64,000 bases of DNA from an uncultured cyanobacterium (GCA_963793425.1 CAWCAG010000005.1:1440001-1504000); one strand, 5' to 3'; counted from the first letter of the stretch, positions 29,695-39,935 are shown. Translations and numbers: made by a program. Notes: generated from the sequence alone by a model not told the origin.

Positions 29695-32073
29695 ATGGCT
29701 GAAGAGAAATCTAAAACTAAGGAAACTAAAACTCCCCCTGAATCGAAGGTTGCGATCGCCACCGCAACTAAAAGCGCCCAAGGTTTTGTGCAAACAGCAG
29801 TTAATGCTTTGATAAAATTTGTACCTATTGGTGGGAGTGGTTTTGCTTTTTTCTCTTTCCTCCTGCAACAGCAGTGGGTTTTAGTTTTAATTACTTTCCC
29901 GGCGACGGTGTTAGCTGTGATTTGGGCTGCTTATTCCGAAAGTGTTTTAACTCGGTTTTATAAGATTTACAAAGAAAAAGGGACAAAAGATGTTGATTCC
30001 TTGATGGCTTGGGTAGAGAAAATAGATCAGGCTATCAAAGAGACAATTAAATGGCAATTATCTGGAGTTGAAGACAAGTATTTAAAGTGCCAGGGTGATG
30101 ATTGTTTGTTTTACTCCACAGAAGGAACCCACAGTACTTTTAAACCTTTGCTTAAAGATGTTTTTGTTCCTTTGGAATTAAGCGGTAACTTTCTCCGGGA
30201 TACCATAGGGGAAAATATACCTAATCCCCGTGGTTATAAGTGGGATAAACAACTGATTCAATTAATGAATCAAAATGATGGTTTAACCATTTGGGATGTC
30301 TTAAAAAGAACTAAGAAAAATCCTTCTTATCGCACCTTAGCAATTTTGGCTTGGGGTGGTTATGGTAAAACAACTTTACTGCGTCACATCACCTACACCT
30401 ACGCTCAAAAGAAGTTACAAAGGGGTGTACCAAAACTTTTACCTGTGCTGCTTTTATTACGAAAATGGCAAACTTTAATTGTTAAGGAAAAGCCGGATTT
30501 AATTACTTTAATTGAAGAGCATCACATCCCCTCCCTACCCCAAGGAAAAAACCTCAAACGACCGAAGAATTGGGCGAGAAATTTGTTAGCTCAAAACAAA
30601 ATGTTAATCATGTTTGATGGCTTTGATGAGGTTAAGGAAGATTCACGGGAGTCTGTGGGGCAATGGATTGCCCAGATGATGCACGATTACTCCTCTGCTT
30701 ACTTTATTTTAACTTCCAGACCAGCAGGATATAAAAGTTATAAGGCGGAAAACAAACCCAATACTTTACGGTTAAAAGCTTTTAATGAAGACCAAAGGGA
30801 AAGGTTTATTCAAAAGTGGTATTTGAGTCGAGAACGGCAAATTAGTGCTGAACCTAATAACCCTGTGGTTAAGGAAGTTGCCCTACAAAAATCTGCTAAT
30901 TTAGTTGAGCAATTACAAGCTAGGGAAGAGTTAAATGATTTAGCCAAAAATCCCTTATTGCTAAATATGATTGTTAACTTACACAGTGTTGCACCAACGG
31001 ATCTTAGTGATTTATCTCGACAAATTCAATTACCCCAAAGAAGAAGCGCTTTGTATCGGGAAATCTTCCGTTTGCAGTTAGGGGATAGACCCTTGGTTAA
31101 GCAAATTGCCATGTGTTTGGAGGCGGAGGAATCTCAAAGGATTTTACAGGGTTTGGCTTTATTTATGGTGCAGGAAAATAAGCCAGCTATTGAGTATGGG
31201 GAGTTACAGGAAAGACTGCAAGAAGAAGTTGAAAAGTTAGATGAATCTGTGGATGTTGATAAGTTTATTAAGCAGATGAGTGATGTGAGTGAGTTGTTGG
31301 TTAAACGGGATGAAGATTATGAGTTTGCTCATCTTAGTTTTCAAGGTTATTTGGCAGCGAAGGAGATAATTCGTAGTAATAGGGAAGATTTATTAATTGC
31401 TAATTGGCAAAATTCTTGGTGGCGAGAAACTATTTTGCTTTATGCGGCACAGGTTAATCCTAATAATTTGCTGAGGCAGTTGATAGATGTTGGTACAGAA
31501 AAAGCGGTTGCTTTAGCTTATGATTGTCTTAAAGAAACTCCTCGTAAAGTTGAGCTTGAAGTAAAAAATAGGATTGAGTTAGAGGCAAAAAAGGAGTTAA
31601 AAGAATTAGAAATAAAGGTAGGAAATTTACTTTATCAACCTTTAGAAACTTACCTCAAAAATGGCCAGTGGAAGGAAGCAGATGAAGAAACTTATCGGGT
31701 AATGCTTCAAGTTGCAGGAAAAGAAGAAGAAGGATTACTTTGGGAAGAAGATATTAACAAGTTTCCCTGTGAAGATTTACGGACAATAAATGATTTATGG
31801 GTGAAATATAGTCAAGGAAAGTTGGGCTTTACTGTACAAAGAGATATATGGTTCTCCTGTGGTGGTAAAATAGGAGAATATAAATGGGAACCTGACGAAA
31901 AGTTTGCAGAGAAAGTGAGATGGTATAGTAATAAGAAATGGTTTGGGGAGATGGAGTATGACCTTTTAGCACCAAGAGGACATCTCCCAGCGGTGTTGTC
32001 CAGCAAGTTAATAACACTCACGTCTGATAGTAACATTGTTCTCTTCTCTCGCACAAAGGCTTGTAATCTGTAA
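29695..32073 (+). CDS. NACHT NTPase with N-terminal TM segments and C-terminal GUN4-like domain
   Basis: GGYGKTT, MFDGFDEV, LTSRP, NPLLL, FAHLSFQGYLAA; WKEADEET...FPCEDLRTINDLWVKYSQG...PRGHLP. Confidence 0.9.
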   Translation: MAEEKSKTKETKTPPESKVAIATATKSAQGFVQTAVNALIKFVPIGGSGFAFFSFLLQQQWVLVLITFPATVLAVIWAAYSESVLTRFYKIYKEKGTKDVDSLMAWVEKIDQAIKETIKWQLSGVEDKYLKCQGDDCLFYSTEGTHSTFKPLLKDVFVPLELSGNFLRDTIGENIPNPRGYKWDKQLIQLMNQNDGLTIWDVLKRTKKNPSYRTLAILAWGGYGKTTLLRHITYTYAQKKLQRGVPKLLPVLLLLRKWQTLIVKEKPDLITLIEEHHIPSLPQGKNLKRPKNWARNLLAQNKMLIMFDGFDEVKEDSRESVGQWIAQMMHDYSSAYFILTSRPAGYKSYKAENKPNTLRLKAFNEDQRERFIQKWYLSRERQISAEPNNPVVKEVALQKSANLVEQLQAREELNDLAKNPLLLNMIVNLHSVAPTDLSDLSRQIQLPQRRSALYREIFRLQLGDRPLVKQIAMCLEAEESQRILQGLALFMVQENKPAIEYGELQERLQEEVEKLDESVDVDKFIKQMSDVSELLVKRDEDYEFAHLSFQGYLAAKEIIRSNREDLLIANWQNSWWRETILLYAAQVNPNNLLRQLIDVGTEKAVALAYDCLKETPRKVELEVKNRIELEAKKELKELEIKVGNLLYQPLETYLKNGQWKEADEETYRVMLQVAGKEEEGLLWEEDINKFPCEDLRTINDLWVKYSQGKLGFTVQRDIWFSCGGKIGEYKWEPDEKFAEKVRWYSNKKWFGEMEYDLLAPRGHLPAVLSSKLITLTSDSNIVLFSRTKACNL

Positions 32074-32185
32074 CATAATAAGGAAAAAATTCTTCTGTCA
32101 AGTCTATTTTCCGCATAATTTTTGAACACGAACTCGCCTTTTCAAGAATCCGATACCTGTTAATTCAGTGGTCAGTTACCAGTCA

Positions 32186-32581
32186 GTAGGGTGTGTTTGT
32201 GCTGCCATAAACTCTCCTACCAGCCTTAATTTATTATTCAGCACTTAACGCACCATCAAACTTTATCTAAAAAAACAACATAGCCAATGTTTTTGATAAT
32301 TAGAATAAAAACTTATTGTGAAGAATGTTAGTAATGGAGATGGTGCGTTCCTATCATATATTTTGGTTGGAAGTGAAGACTTATTTTAAGGAACACACCC
32401 TACAAAATATGCAGACCAATTATCAGAAAGTAGGGTGGGCAAAAAGCAATAGATTTATTGATTAAACCTATTTTTTAATGTTTGCCCACCATTATCTAAA
32501 ACTTTCTTAATTGATTATGGTGGGTAAGTAAGATAGAGATTTTTTTGATACTAAATTTCAAACTTGATTTGCCTACCCTAC
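32186..32581. repeat. Two inverted pairs of GTAG-REP-like hairpins with long loops
   Basis: 32186-32254 (+), 32342-32403 (-), 32430-32490 (+), 32519-32581 (-); each is GTAG + 9-14 bp stem + about 35-41 nt loop. Confidence 0.8.
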
Positions 32582-32626
32582 AAAGTTTTATAGCGTTTTT
32601 TTCTTAACAATATAAAGAAAAATTCT

Positions 32627-33065
32627 TTATTTTTTACTAGGCCATATTGGTTCGTCGGATTCATCATACAAAACACCTAGATGGATACTGTGAAGAGATC
32701 CAAATTCAAACTGTAGCTCAAGCCAACTATCCTCATAGAAGACTGAAATAAACGAACCATGATCTTCTAATTCAGGTTTTTCACGAAGGTGCTTACTAAC
32801 CAAATCTAATACTTGCTTCTGCATCATACCTATAACCTTGACACCAAAAAGCACAGCATCTGGATGATAGATTTCCATCCATCCTAACAAATTTCCGTCG
32901 TCTGCTTCAAAAGATAGCTCAATTCGACGAGTATAAAATTGAAGTCGTTTACAGTCAAAATCTGTGCACATATATTTTGTCTGGTTTACCAAGATGCTTA
33001 CACGCTTCTTTTTCAGATATTCCGAAGCAAACTTCATCAGTCCCAATTCCTAGCAGAATTTCCAT
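32627..33065 (-). pseudogene. Small acidic hypothetical protein, frameshifted near 32967
   Basis: ATG at 33065 gives MEILLGIGTDEVCFGISEKEACKHLGKPDKIYV, then the frame changes into TDFDCKRLQFY of ORF 32627-33046. Confidence 0.6.
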
Positions 33066-33204
33066 TGATTCTATTTAATTGTAGAACTGATAGTACCAGC
33101 TTTTTAAAAAAGTATAGGTCTAGAATTTTTAGAACATCTTTTTAAAAACCACACCCAAAGAATTTATTGATTAAACTGTTCCATTAAAATTTAACTGCCC
33201 AGCA

Positions 33205-33284
33205 TTAGGATGCGTTTGTACTGTCAAAACTATTTTACCAACCTTAATTTATTATTGAGCAATTAAGCACATCAGACTTTATCT
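33205..33284 (+). repeat. Degenerate copy of the 32186 REP-like element including its loop
   Basis: Shares CCTTAATTTATTATT core and downstream ACTTTATCT. Confidence 0.7.
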
Positions 33285-33290
33285 TTATTT

Positions 33291-33690
33291 TGATACTACC
33301 GAACTTGCAATGTGAAAGCAAACAACAAGAAAATAGCACACTCAAGCTAAAATTTTATAGTTTTTCTCTATAAAGTGTATCCAGCTTGCAGTTAGCTCTT
33401 TCAAAGATTAAATGAGTAAAAATAAAACTACTATTGAGGTTAACTTGTCCATAATGTCAAAGAATCCTCAACTAAACCTCATGCAAACTTACTCCAATTA
33501 GAAGAGTTACCGTTTACCATATCATGTATTGGAGTATAGGCATAGTCTTACACATAGAAAAAATAGAGAAAAAAGCTACCTGCACTAACTGCGGTGCAAT
33601 AACTGAAAAACTCCATCAGATAATAGCTAACGATTAGAGATTTACCTTGGGCACCTAACCACTGTATCTCAATATAATGTCGCCAATGAA
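33291..33690 (+). mobile_element. ISL3-family transposase 5' remnant
   Basis: Broken frames give GIVLHIEKIEKKATCTNCGAITEKLHQ and LTIRDLPW (ISL3 zinc-finger N-terminus); boundaries approximate. Confidence 0.75.
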
Positions 33691-33799
33691 AACCTCGCAA
33701 TGGGCACGAAATTTAATGAATTAGACTTGGGCGCAGAGCAAAAGATTAAGTTGAACCGTAAATAAAGTCTCAGCTCTTCTGGGGAAGATGAGATTAAAA

Positions 33800-34162
33800 A
33801 ATGAATTTAGAACTATCTTTGCACAGATCCAAGACTGGTTAAATTTCAGAAATACTACTTGCTTCTCTCAATCTTATCTTCAACAATAAGACTAATATCA
33901 GGAAAGTTCTCATCTATCCGACTCAGTAGTTGCAATGATTCACTCACCTCTTGAAGATAAGTCTCAACAAAACGATAATCTGAAAACTTAGCAGCATGGT
34001 CTGATTGTTTTCAACTAAATCTTCATCAGCATTTAGTAATATAGCTTGGCTCTTTTGGGCAGAACCAAAATCCCCTAAAAATAGCAAGGCAAAAATTAAG
34101 GGAAAGGAGAACAAAAAAGCAATAACTGCACGCCGTTTTATAGGCTGTTGCTGTACCCGCAA
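33800..34162 (-). pseudogene. Probable remnant of an exported/membrane hypothetical gene
   Basis: Hydrophobic N-terminus; another frame continues DHAAKFSDYRFVETYLQEVS... to stops. Confidence 0.3.
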
Positions 34163-34209
34163 TTTCTTCTATCTCAGACTTATTTGCACTGAGGGCTGTA
34201 GATATTTTA

Positions 34210-34271
34210 GTGAGCAAAGGATAAAAGGTTTTGGTGTAAAGTTATTGGTAATTATGTTTTGCCCACCCTAC
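34210..34271 (-). repeat. GTAG-REP-like long-loop hairpin
   Basis: Reverse strand GTAG GGTGGGCAAA...TTTGCTCAC. Confidence 0.75.
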
Positions 34272-34354
34272 CGTTAATACTGGTTTACTTGATTTTGAAC
34301 AGGCATATTGTTAAACAATGGTAGGCTTCTAAAATAGTTTCGGAGGCACAGTTA

Positions 34355-34688
34355 ATGGAAGGTTCAGCTCAGTCTTTTTAAATTGCCTTAATTCTTTATA
34401 ATCTCACTCTGACAAACTAGATTACAAGCCGTTGTACGAATAATGTTTTACCTCAATCAAAGCTAGCTCTCTAAAGGAAGCTCAGGAGAAAACCTTAGTT
34501 TACGCTAAGAAAGAGGAAAGTAAATCTCAGAATGAATATGGGGAAACTATCACTTGGTCTTTGAAGCAGGTTGTTGATGTGAATCCAGCCTTGTACGATG
34601 AGTTTGAAGATGGAACGGATTTATATGCTCGTAATTCCGAAACTATGAAGCGTATAGTTCATTCGAGCCATTACTTTCTTCTGATTAA
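34355..34688 (+). pseudogene. DUF4288-like pseudogene
   Basis: DYKPLYE*CF..IKASSLKEAQEK...NEYGETITWSLKQVVDV...GTDLYAR/FRNYEAY; two in-frame stops and two frameshifts; GGAGG upstream. Confidence 0.7.
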
Positions 34689-34725
34689 ACGATAAAAAGA
34701 TGTAGGAAGAAAATCTCTCAATATT

Positions 34726-34785
34726 GTAGGGTAGGCAAGTTACGATTAATTCTCGGTTTTGATTTTATTGTTTATTTTGCCCACC
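34726..34785 (+). repeat. GTAG-REP-like long-loop hairpin
   Basis: GTAG GGTAGGCAA...TTGCCCACC. Confidence 0.75.
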
Positions 34786-35766
34786 GCAAATAAATAGGGG
34801 GAACGAGGATTTTGGTGGTGTGAATTTTACCAATCAACAATAACAAAGCAATCCTCTCAGAAATAAAAGGTAAAAGTTCTCGATTTTGACTATGTTCTTT
34901 ACCTTCAGTGAACACAACTAAAATATAAGGTTGCTTGTTGGGCATCTCAACATAAACTGCATCATGCCTCACTCTACTCGTCCAACCAGCCTTAGACCAT
35001 TGCTGGTCCCTGGTGGTAAAGCTTCTCCCAAAAAACCAGTAACTTGATTTTCATCATCCCCCCCAGCTAAGGGACGAGAATTAGCTAAATCTCGTTTTAG
35101 TAAAGACATCATCATCTGCGATCGCCCACCAGAAACAGCCACTCCTCCAATAATGCTATGGAATAATTTAGCGACAGCATTGGTAGAAAGCATATTGCGA
35201 TTTTCCATCAACTCACCCACAAAAGCCCTTTCCCGACCATAGGGGCCATCGCACCAAGTTTTTTGATTAACATTAATATTATTTAATTCTGCCCAACCTA
35301 AAGATTGATAGTAACGATTAACAATGTTGCGTTGAAATTGCCAAGTTTCAAAAGGGGCTGAAGATAATTCAGTCCCACTGGTAGTACCGCTTAAAACATC
35401 TACAACCAAGCTAGTGGCATCATTGCTAGAATCAACAATCATATCCTTAATAGCCCTTGCCAACTCTGGAGAGTCAGCAACCATCGCTGTTTCTAACCAT
35501 TGCTGAATCGCCACTAAATAAAACAGCTTAACCACACTAGCCGGATAAATTCTCTCTACCCCACGATAGTTAAAGCTGCGTACTTGATGTTGCCAAAATT
35601 CTTCTGGGGAAAGAGCGCCACCCGTATTGACAATTATCGGCTCATCATAAACAATCCAAGTTAAAGCTAGTCTATCTCTGGCCAAATTAGGAAAGTTTTC
35701 CCAAATAGTATCTAAGAGATTTGCACCTAATTTTTCTAGTTGTTCGTCTTTATGAAAAAAATCCAT
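34772..35766 (-). CDS. Serine hydrolase, class A beta-lactamase-like; frameshift near 35006
   Basis: PASVVK (SxxK), SSNDAT; alternative frame WSKAGWTSRVRHDA joins the two ORFs. Confidence 0.87.
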
Positions 35767-35833
35767 TACAGTTCCGGACTAATTATTAAAGTCTGTGTAA
35801 AATGCTACTGATCTTCGCCTACTTATTGCTTCT

Positions 35834-36532
35834 ATGAATGTTCTTGAAAAATCTCTTCTCTCCCCTAGTGGCGAATACTACTCTAGCGTTAATCTTAATC
35901 TCTATGATTCTCCTCGATGTAAGAATTTGGCAAGTCAAATAGCAGCAGGCAGACATTTAAAAGTGCTATCTTCTGTTGTAGATGGGTCGGTGGAAGTAAG
36001 TTCCTGTGAAGATAATTATCCTGGTTGGTTAACCCTTAAGGATATAGAACAACTTCAAAGCGCTAGTAAAGCATACCAAGGAATCGCTTTCTCTCGTAGT
36101 GAAATTGAGCAACGTCTTCCCGAAATTATTGCTTTTACTAAAGCAGCAATGGCTCAACCAAACTATTATCTTTGGGGAGGGACTGTGGCCCCGAATTATG
36201 ATTGTTCAGGATTAATGCAAGCGGCTTTTTCTTCTCAGGGTATTTGGTTGCCCAGAGATTCTTATCAACAAGAAGCCTTTACCCAAACTATTACCCTTGA
36301 CGATTTGCTACCCGGAGATTTAATCTTTTTTAGTCAAGGTGAAAGAGTTAATCATGTTGCCCTTTATCTGGGGGATGAAACTTATATTCATAGTTCCGGG
36401 GCTGAAGATGGTCGCAATGGTATTGGTATTGATTCTTTAATGGTTCAAAAAGATGAAATCGGCGCTTTCTACCGTAGGCGAATAACTGGGGCAGGTAGAG
36501 TTATTGGTAGTTATTTATCCGGTAATGGCTAA
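35834..36532 (+). CDS. NlpC/P60 (C40) cell-wall peptidase
   Basis: YLWGG, YDCSGL, LPRDS, GDLIFF, HVALY, YIHSS. Confidence 0.93.
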   Translation: MNVLEKSLLSPSGEYYSSVNLNLYDSPRCKNLASQIAAGRHLKVLSSVVDGSVEVSSCEDNYPGWLTLKDIEQLQSASKAYQGIAFSRSEIEQRLPEIIAFTKAAMAQPNYYLWGGTVAPNYDCSGLMQAAFSSQGIWLPRDSYQQEAFTQTITLDDLLPGDLIFFSQGERVNHVALYLGDETYIHSSGAEDGRNGIGIDSLMVQKDEIGAFYRRRITGAGRVIGSYLSGNG

Positions 36533-36708
36533 TGGCTAGTTGCTAGTTGCTAATAGTTTTCTCCCAGTTACCCCAGTTACCCCAGCTCCCCAGCTCCTCA
36601 TCTCCCCATCTCCGTATTATTACATCTTCAGAACGAGTGCGGTAAGGAATCAAGAATGTTAAGAATGGTAAAGAGAATGAAATTTACCAGGCTACCGCAC
36701 AGAATAAA

Positions 36709-37947
36709 TTGAGACATTTAAGAAACATTCACTCCAAAAATCTAATTCTTCTATTTAGTACAGGGCTATGCTTTTGGTTAAGCATAACTTCCTTGTTGCC
36801 AGTTTTACCTGCTTACATTCAAGATGTGGGGGGAACACCTCAACAGGTGGGCTTTGTCATGGGTAGTTTTGCTATTGGATTACTGCTTAGCCGTAACTTG
36901 ATGGGGAATGTCGCTGATCAACGTAGTCGTAGGTTGGTAATCTCCATTGGTACTCTGGTGGTAGCAACTGCACCTTTAGGCTATCTGTTTGCTAAATCAA
37001 TTTCGGTTTTGATTTTTCTACGGGCATTTCATGGCATCAGCGTAGCTTCTTTCACCATTGGTTACAACACCTTAGTTGTGGCCCTATCTCCTGCTAAACA
37101 GCGAGGACAAACCATTGGCTATATGAGTTTGGTAATTCCCATTGGTTTGGCGTTGGGACCAGCTTTTGGGGGACTGCTGCAAGAACAGTTTGGTTATGCA
37201 CCCTTATTCCTGTTATCTTCTGGTATAGGTTGGTTGGGTTTGCTTTTGTCTTGTCTGATTAATGAACCAGCTAAAGCTAAAAATTCAACCGACGCGCAAA
37301 ATGGCCAAACTTCTCCTCCTAGCTCTTTTTGGCAAACTCTTTCCAGTCCTCGTTTAAGGGTTCCGACCACAATTCTATTACTAATTGGTTTAGTCTTCGG
37401 TACTTTAATAACTTTCTTGCCTTTGTTTATCCGCCATATTCATTTAAACCTCAACTCTGGTTGGTTTTATACTGCTGCGGCGATCGCCAGTTTTAGTGTA
37501 CGCATCTATACGGGTAGAGCCTCCGACCGCTACGGTAGGGGTATATTTATTACAGGTAGTTTAGTTTGCTACGCTGTTTCTATGGCGCTTTTGGCTTCGG
37601 CGAATAGTCCTGTAGATTTTATTATTGCTGCGGTGTTAGAAGGGGCAGGGGCAGGAATTCTGATCCCCATGATGATTGCTTTAATGTCTGATCGTTCCTT
37701 AGATGATGAACGCGGTAGAGTTTATGCTATTTGTTTGGGAGGATTTGATTTAGGTATTGCTATTGGTGGCCCTGTTTTGGGTTCTTTTGCTGAATTTTTG
37801 GGTTATCGAGGCATCTTTGCGATCGCCGCTATTTTAGCAAGTCTGGCCTTAATTGTTTTCTTAACTCAATCAAGCAAAAGTTTTGCTCATTCTCTTCGGT
37901 TTGCCACAGGAAAAGAGAAAGATATTTATGCTTTGAAACAGTCTTAG
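36709..37947 (+). CDS. MFS transporter
   Basis: Many TM segments; GNVADQRSRR and GRASDRYGR loop motifs. Confidence 0.92.
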   Translation: MRHLRNIHSKNLILLFSTGLCFWLSITSLLPVLPAYIQDVGGTPQQVGFVMGSFAIGLLLSRNLMGNVADQRSRRLVISIGTLVVATAPLGYLFAKSISVLIFLRAFHGISVASFTIGYNTLVVALSPAKQRGQTIGYMSLVIPIGLALGPAFGGLLQEQFGYAPLFLLSSGIGWLGLLLSCLINEPAKAKNSTDAQNGQTSPPSSFWQTLSSPRLRVPTTILLLIGLVFGTLITFLPLFIRHIHLNLNSGWFYTAAAIASFSVRIYTGRASDRYGRGIFITGSLVCYAVSMALLASANSPVDFIIAAVLEGAGAGILIPMMIALMSDRSLDDERGRVYAICLGGFDLGIAIGGPVLGSFAEFLGYRGIFAIAAILASLALIVFLTQSSKSFAHSLRFATGKEKDIYALKQS

Positions 37948-37949
37948 TT

Positions 37950-38468
37950 TTATAACTCGTTGAATTTGGGATGATACTTAACAATACCTTTTATGTTATT
38001 CAAAGCATTCACTCGCAATTCTTGTACCATAAAAGCTTCTTTTGGTACATTTATTTCCCATTCAATACCATAGGTATCAGCTTGCTTAAAACCAAGCTGA
38101 TGGTAGTATTCCGGATGCCCTAATACAACGACAACGTTATGTTGTTTAGTATCAAAGTTATTCTGCCAGTAGTTAAATAGCTTCGTACCTACACCCTTTC
38201 TCTGATAAGTTGGTTTCACTGCCATAGGCCCAAGTCCAATTGCTTCAATAACATGGTTATTTTGATGGATGGTTACCGGACTGAAAGCAAGATGACCGAT
38301 AAGTTCGTTGTTATCAAAGGCAACTAGCGAATAAGTTAACGCACCTACATCTCTTAACCCATTAACTAAATTTGCTTCATTATCTTGACCAAAAGCTGTT
38401 TTATTTAGCTCGTAAATTAATTTTAGGTCTTCTAACTTTTCTGAACGAATGAACAAGCTTTCAAGCAT
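37950..38468 (-). CDS. GNAT N-acetyltransferase (YhbS-like)
   Basis: LGPMAVKPTYQRKGVG, VLGHPEYYHQLGF. Confidence 0.9.
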   Translation of the reverse strand: MLESLFIRSEKLEDLKLIYELNKTAFGQDNEANLVNGLRDVGALTYSLVAFDNNELIGHLAFSPVTIHQNNHVIEAIGLGPMAVKPTYQRKGVGTKLFNYWQNNFDTKQHNVVVVLGHPEYYHQLGFKQADTYGIEWEINVPKEAFMVQELRVNALNNIKGIVKYHPKFNEL

Positions 38469-38486
38469 TAACTTTACTATAGATAA

Positions 38487-39257
38487 ATGATAAATTATCA
38501 ATATTTGGTGGCGGGAAGAGCGATTCCTTTTGCTTGGGAGACAGTTGTTGATTTTCCTTGTTTAATTATTGTTGGTAATACTGGAGTTGGTAAAAGCACT
38601 ACTGTTAATTTTTTGATTGAAGAGGGATTAGATTTCACTCTTTTACCTAATCGACGCATCCTTACTGACCAATTTATTCTCGCCCCAATGTTAGCAAAAG
38701 AAGGGCGCGAAGTGAAAGATTTAGATCGGGTTGAACGTTTTAATTATACTCGCCGCTATCGAGAAGAAGTTCCTTCAGGAATAGCTTATGTTTTGACGCA
38801 ACTTTATTTAGATTCTCAACAAGTTAAACCTTTACTCATTTTTGATGGTTTACGGGGAGAACAAGAGGTTACTTATGCAGCACAGAAGTTACCTTTAGCT
38901 AAGTTTGTTTGTTTGACTGCTCCAGATACAATTAGATTACAACGTCTCCTTAATCGTCAAGATGCTTTTGATTTAGTTTCAGAAGCAAAAGATTTAGATA
39001 GCTTAAAAGAACTTTTGCAACCATTTACTTTTTCTGAAAAAGAGCAACTAGTTAATTTAGTTGAAACAGGGCAGGTTACGGTTAATGAGTTACAACAGAA
39101 ACTTAAAATTGTTACTACAGAAAAACTCAATTATAATGCTGAAATAACTAAGTCAGCCTTGGAAACTTTTGTCCCCCAAAAAAGTCTGTTTATTGATTCA
39201 AGTATTCACTCACCTCAACAAATTGCTAAAGCGATTATTTCTAGGTTCAAACTTTAG
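38487..39257 (+). CDS. P-loop kinase-like protein
   Basis: IVGNTGVGKST Walker A; LIFDGLRG; RLQRLLNR lid-like motif. Confidence 0.75.
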   Translation: MINYQYLVAGRAIPFAWETVVDFPCLIIVGNTGVGKSTTVNFLIEEGLDFTLLPNRRILTDQFILAPMLAKEGREVKDLDRVERFNYTRRYREEVPSGIAYVLTQLYLDSQQVKPLLIFDGLRGEQEVTYAAQKLPLAKFVCLTAPDTIRLQRLLNRQDAFDLVSEAKDLDSLKELLQPFTFSEKEQLVNLVETGQVTVNELQQKLKIVTTEKLNYNAEITKSALETFVPQKSLFIDSSIHSPQQIAKAIISRFKL

Positions 39258-39303
39258 TAAATATTGAATACTAAACACCAATTAATTGAGCGATGTCACA
39301 CCA

Positions 39304-39462
39304 GTAGGGTCTATTAGGCGGCCATTAAAAATGGGCTTAAATCAACAATGCTTGCTCCGCTGTAACATACCAATCCCTACTCTAATAAACCTGTGGTGCA
39401 TTACGCGCTGAATTAAATTCTACTCATTTTCCAAGATTATTGCCAGCAACAACACACCCTAC
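39304..39462. repeat. Inverted pair of GTAG-REP-like long-loop hairpins
   Basis: 39304-39371 (+) and 39395-39462 (-), between convergent genes. Confidence 0.75.
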
Positions 39463-39497
39463 TGGACTTGTTAATTTCGGAGTTTAACATAAGAGGG

Positions 39498-39893
39498 TTA
39501 TTGTGCATCTTCACTAACACCTTCTAGAAAACCAATCAGTCCTTTTCCCCAAGGATTCTCTTCTACAAAGTGTTCTCCAATTTTTATAGCTGCTGTCTTG
39601 CCACCGTTCCATAAGTGTTTCAAATCCAGCAAATTTTTCCACTTCCAAGATTGAACAGATTTGTGTTCTTCAAACTCTGCTTCGATAATCTTAGTCGCTT
39701 CCTTTTCACTAGTAACTTGTGGATATTTTCGCTTAAGTTCCTCAAGAATTTGTTCAGTTACTACTAAAGTTTGATCAACAGTTTGATTGTTATTGTTTTC
39801 ATTTATATTCAAATCACCTTCAACATTTCCTGTGATGTTAGGCCGATTTAATGGTGCGCCAAAGTTCATATTCACTGTAGGTTTGTCAGACAT
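39498..39893 (-). CDS. Hypothetical protein: N-terminal Asn/Gly-rich motif plus helical domain
   Basis: GAGG upstream of MSDKPTVNMNF; GNVEGDLNIN. Confidence 0.7.
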   Translation of the reverse strand: MSDKPTVNMNFGAPLNRPNITGNVEGDLNINENNNNQTVDQTLVVTEQILEELKRKYPQVTSEKEATKIIEAEFEEHKSVQSWKWKNLLDLKHLWNGGKTAAIKIGEHFVEENPWGKGLIGFLEGVSEDAQ

Positions 39894-39935
39894 ATTTCTT
39901 ACCTCTGTTTGAAAGACATGAAACAATTACAACTG

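Noticed and set aside
32186..32581. CRISPR array (repeats with roughly 37-nt spacers)
   Set aside because: Units alternate in orientation, the conserved parts are stem arms rather than identical direct repeats, and no cas genes are present
34415..34440. Reverse-strand similarity to the 3' end of the GUN4 gene (GGCTTGTAATCT), suggesting a DGR template repeat
   Set aside because: Too short, explained as coding sequence of the DUF4288-like pseudogene, and no reverse transcriptase is present
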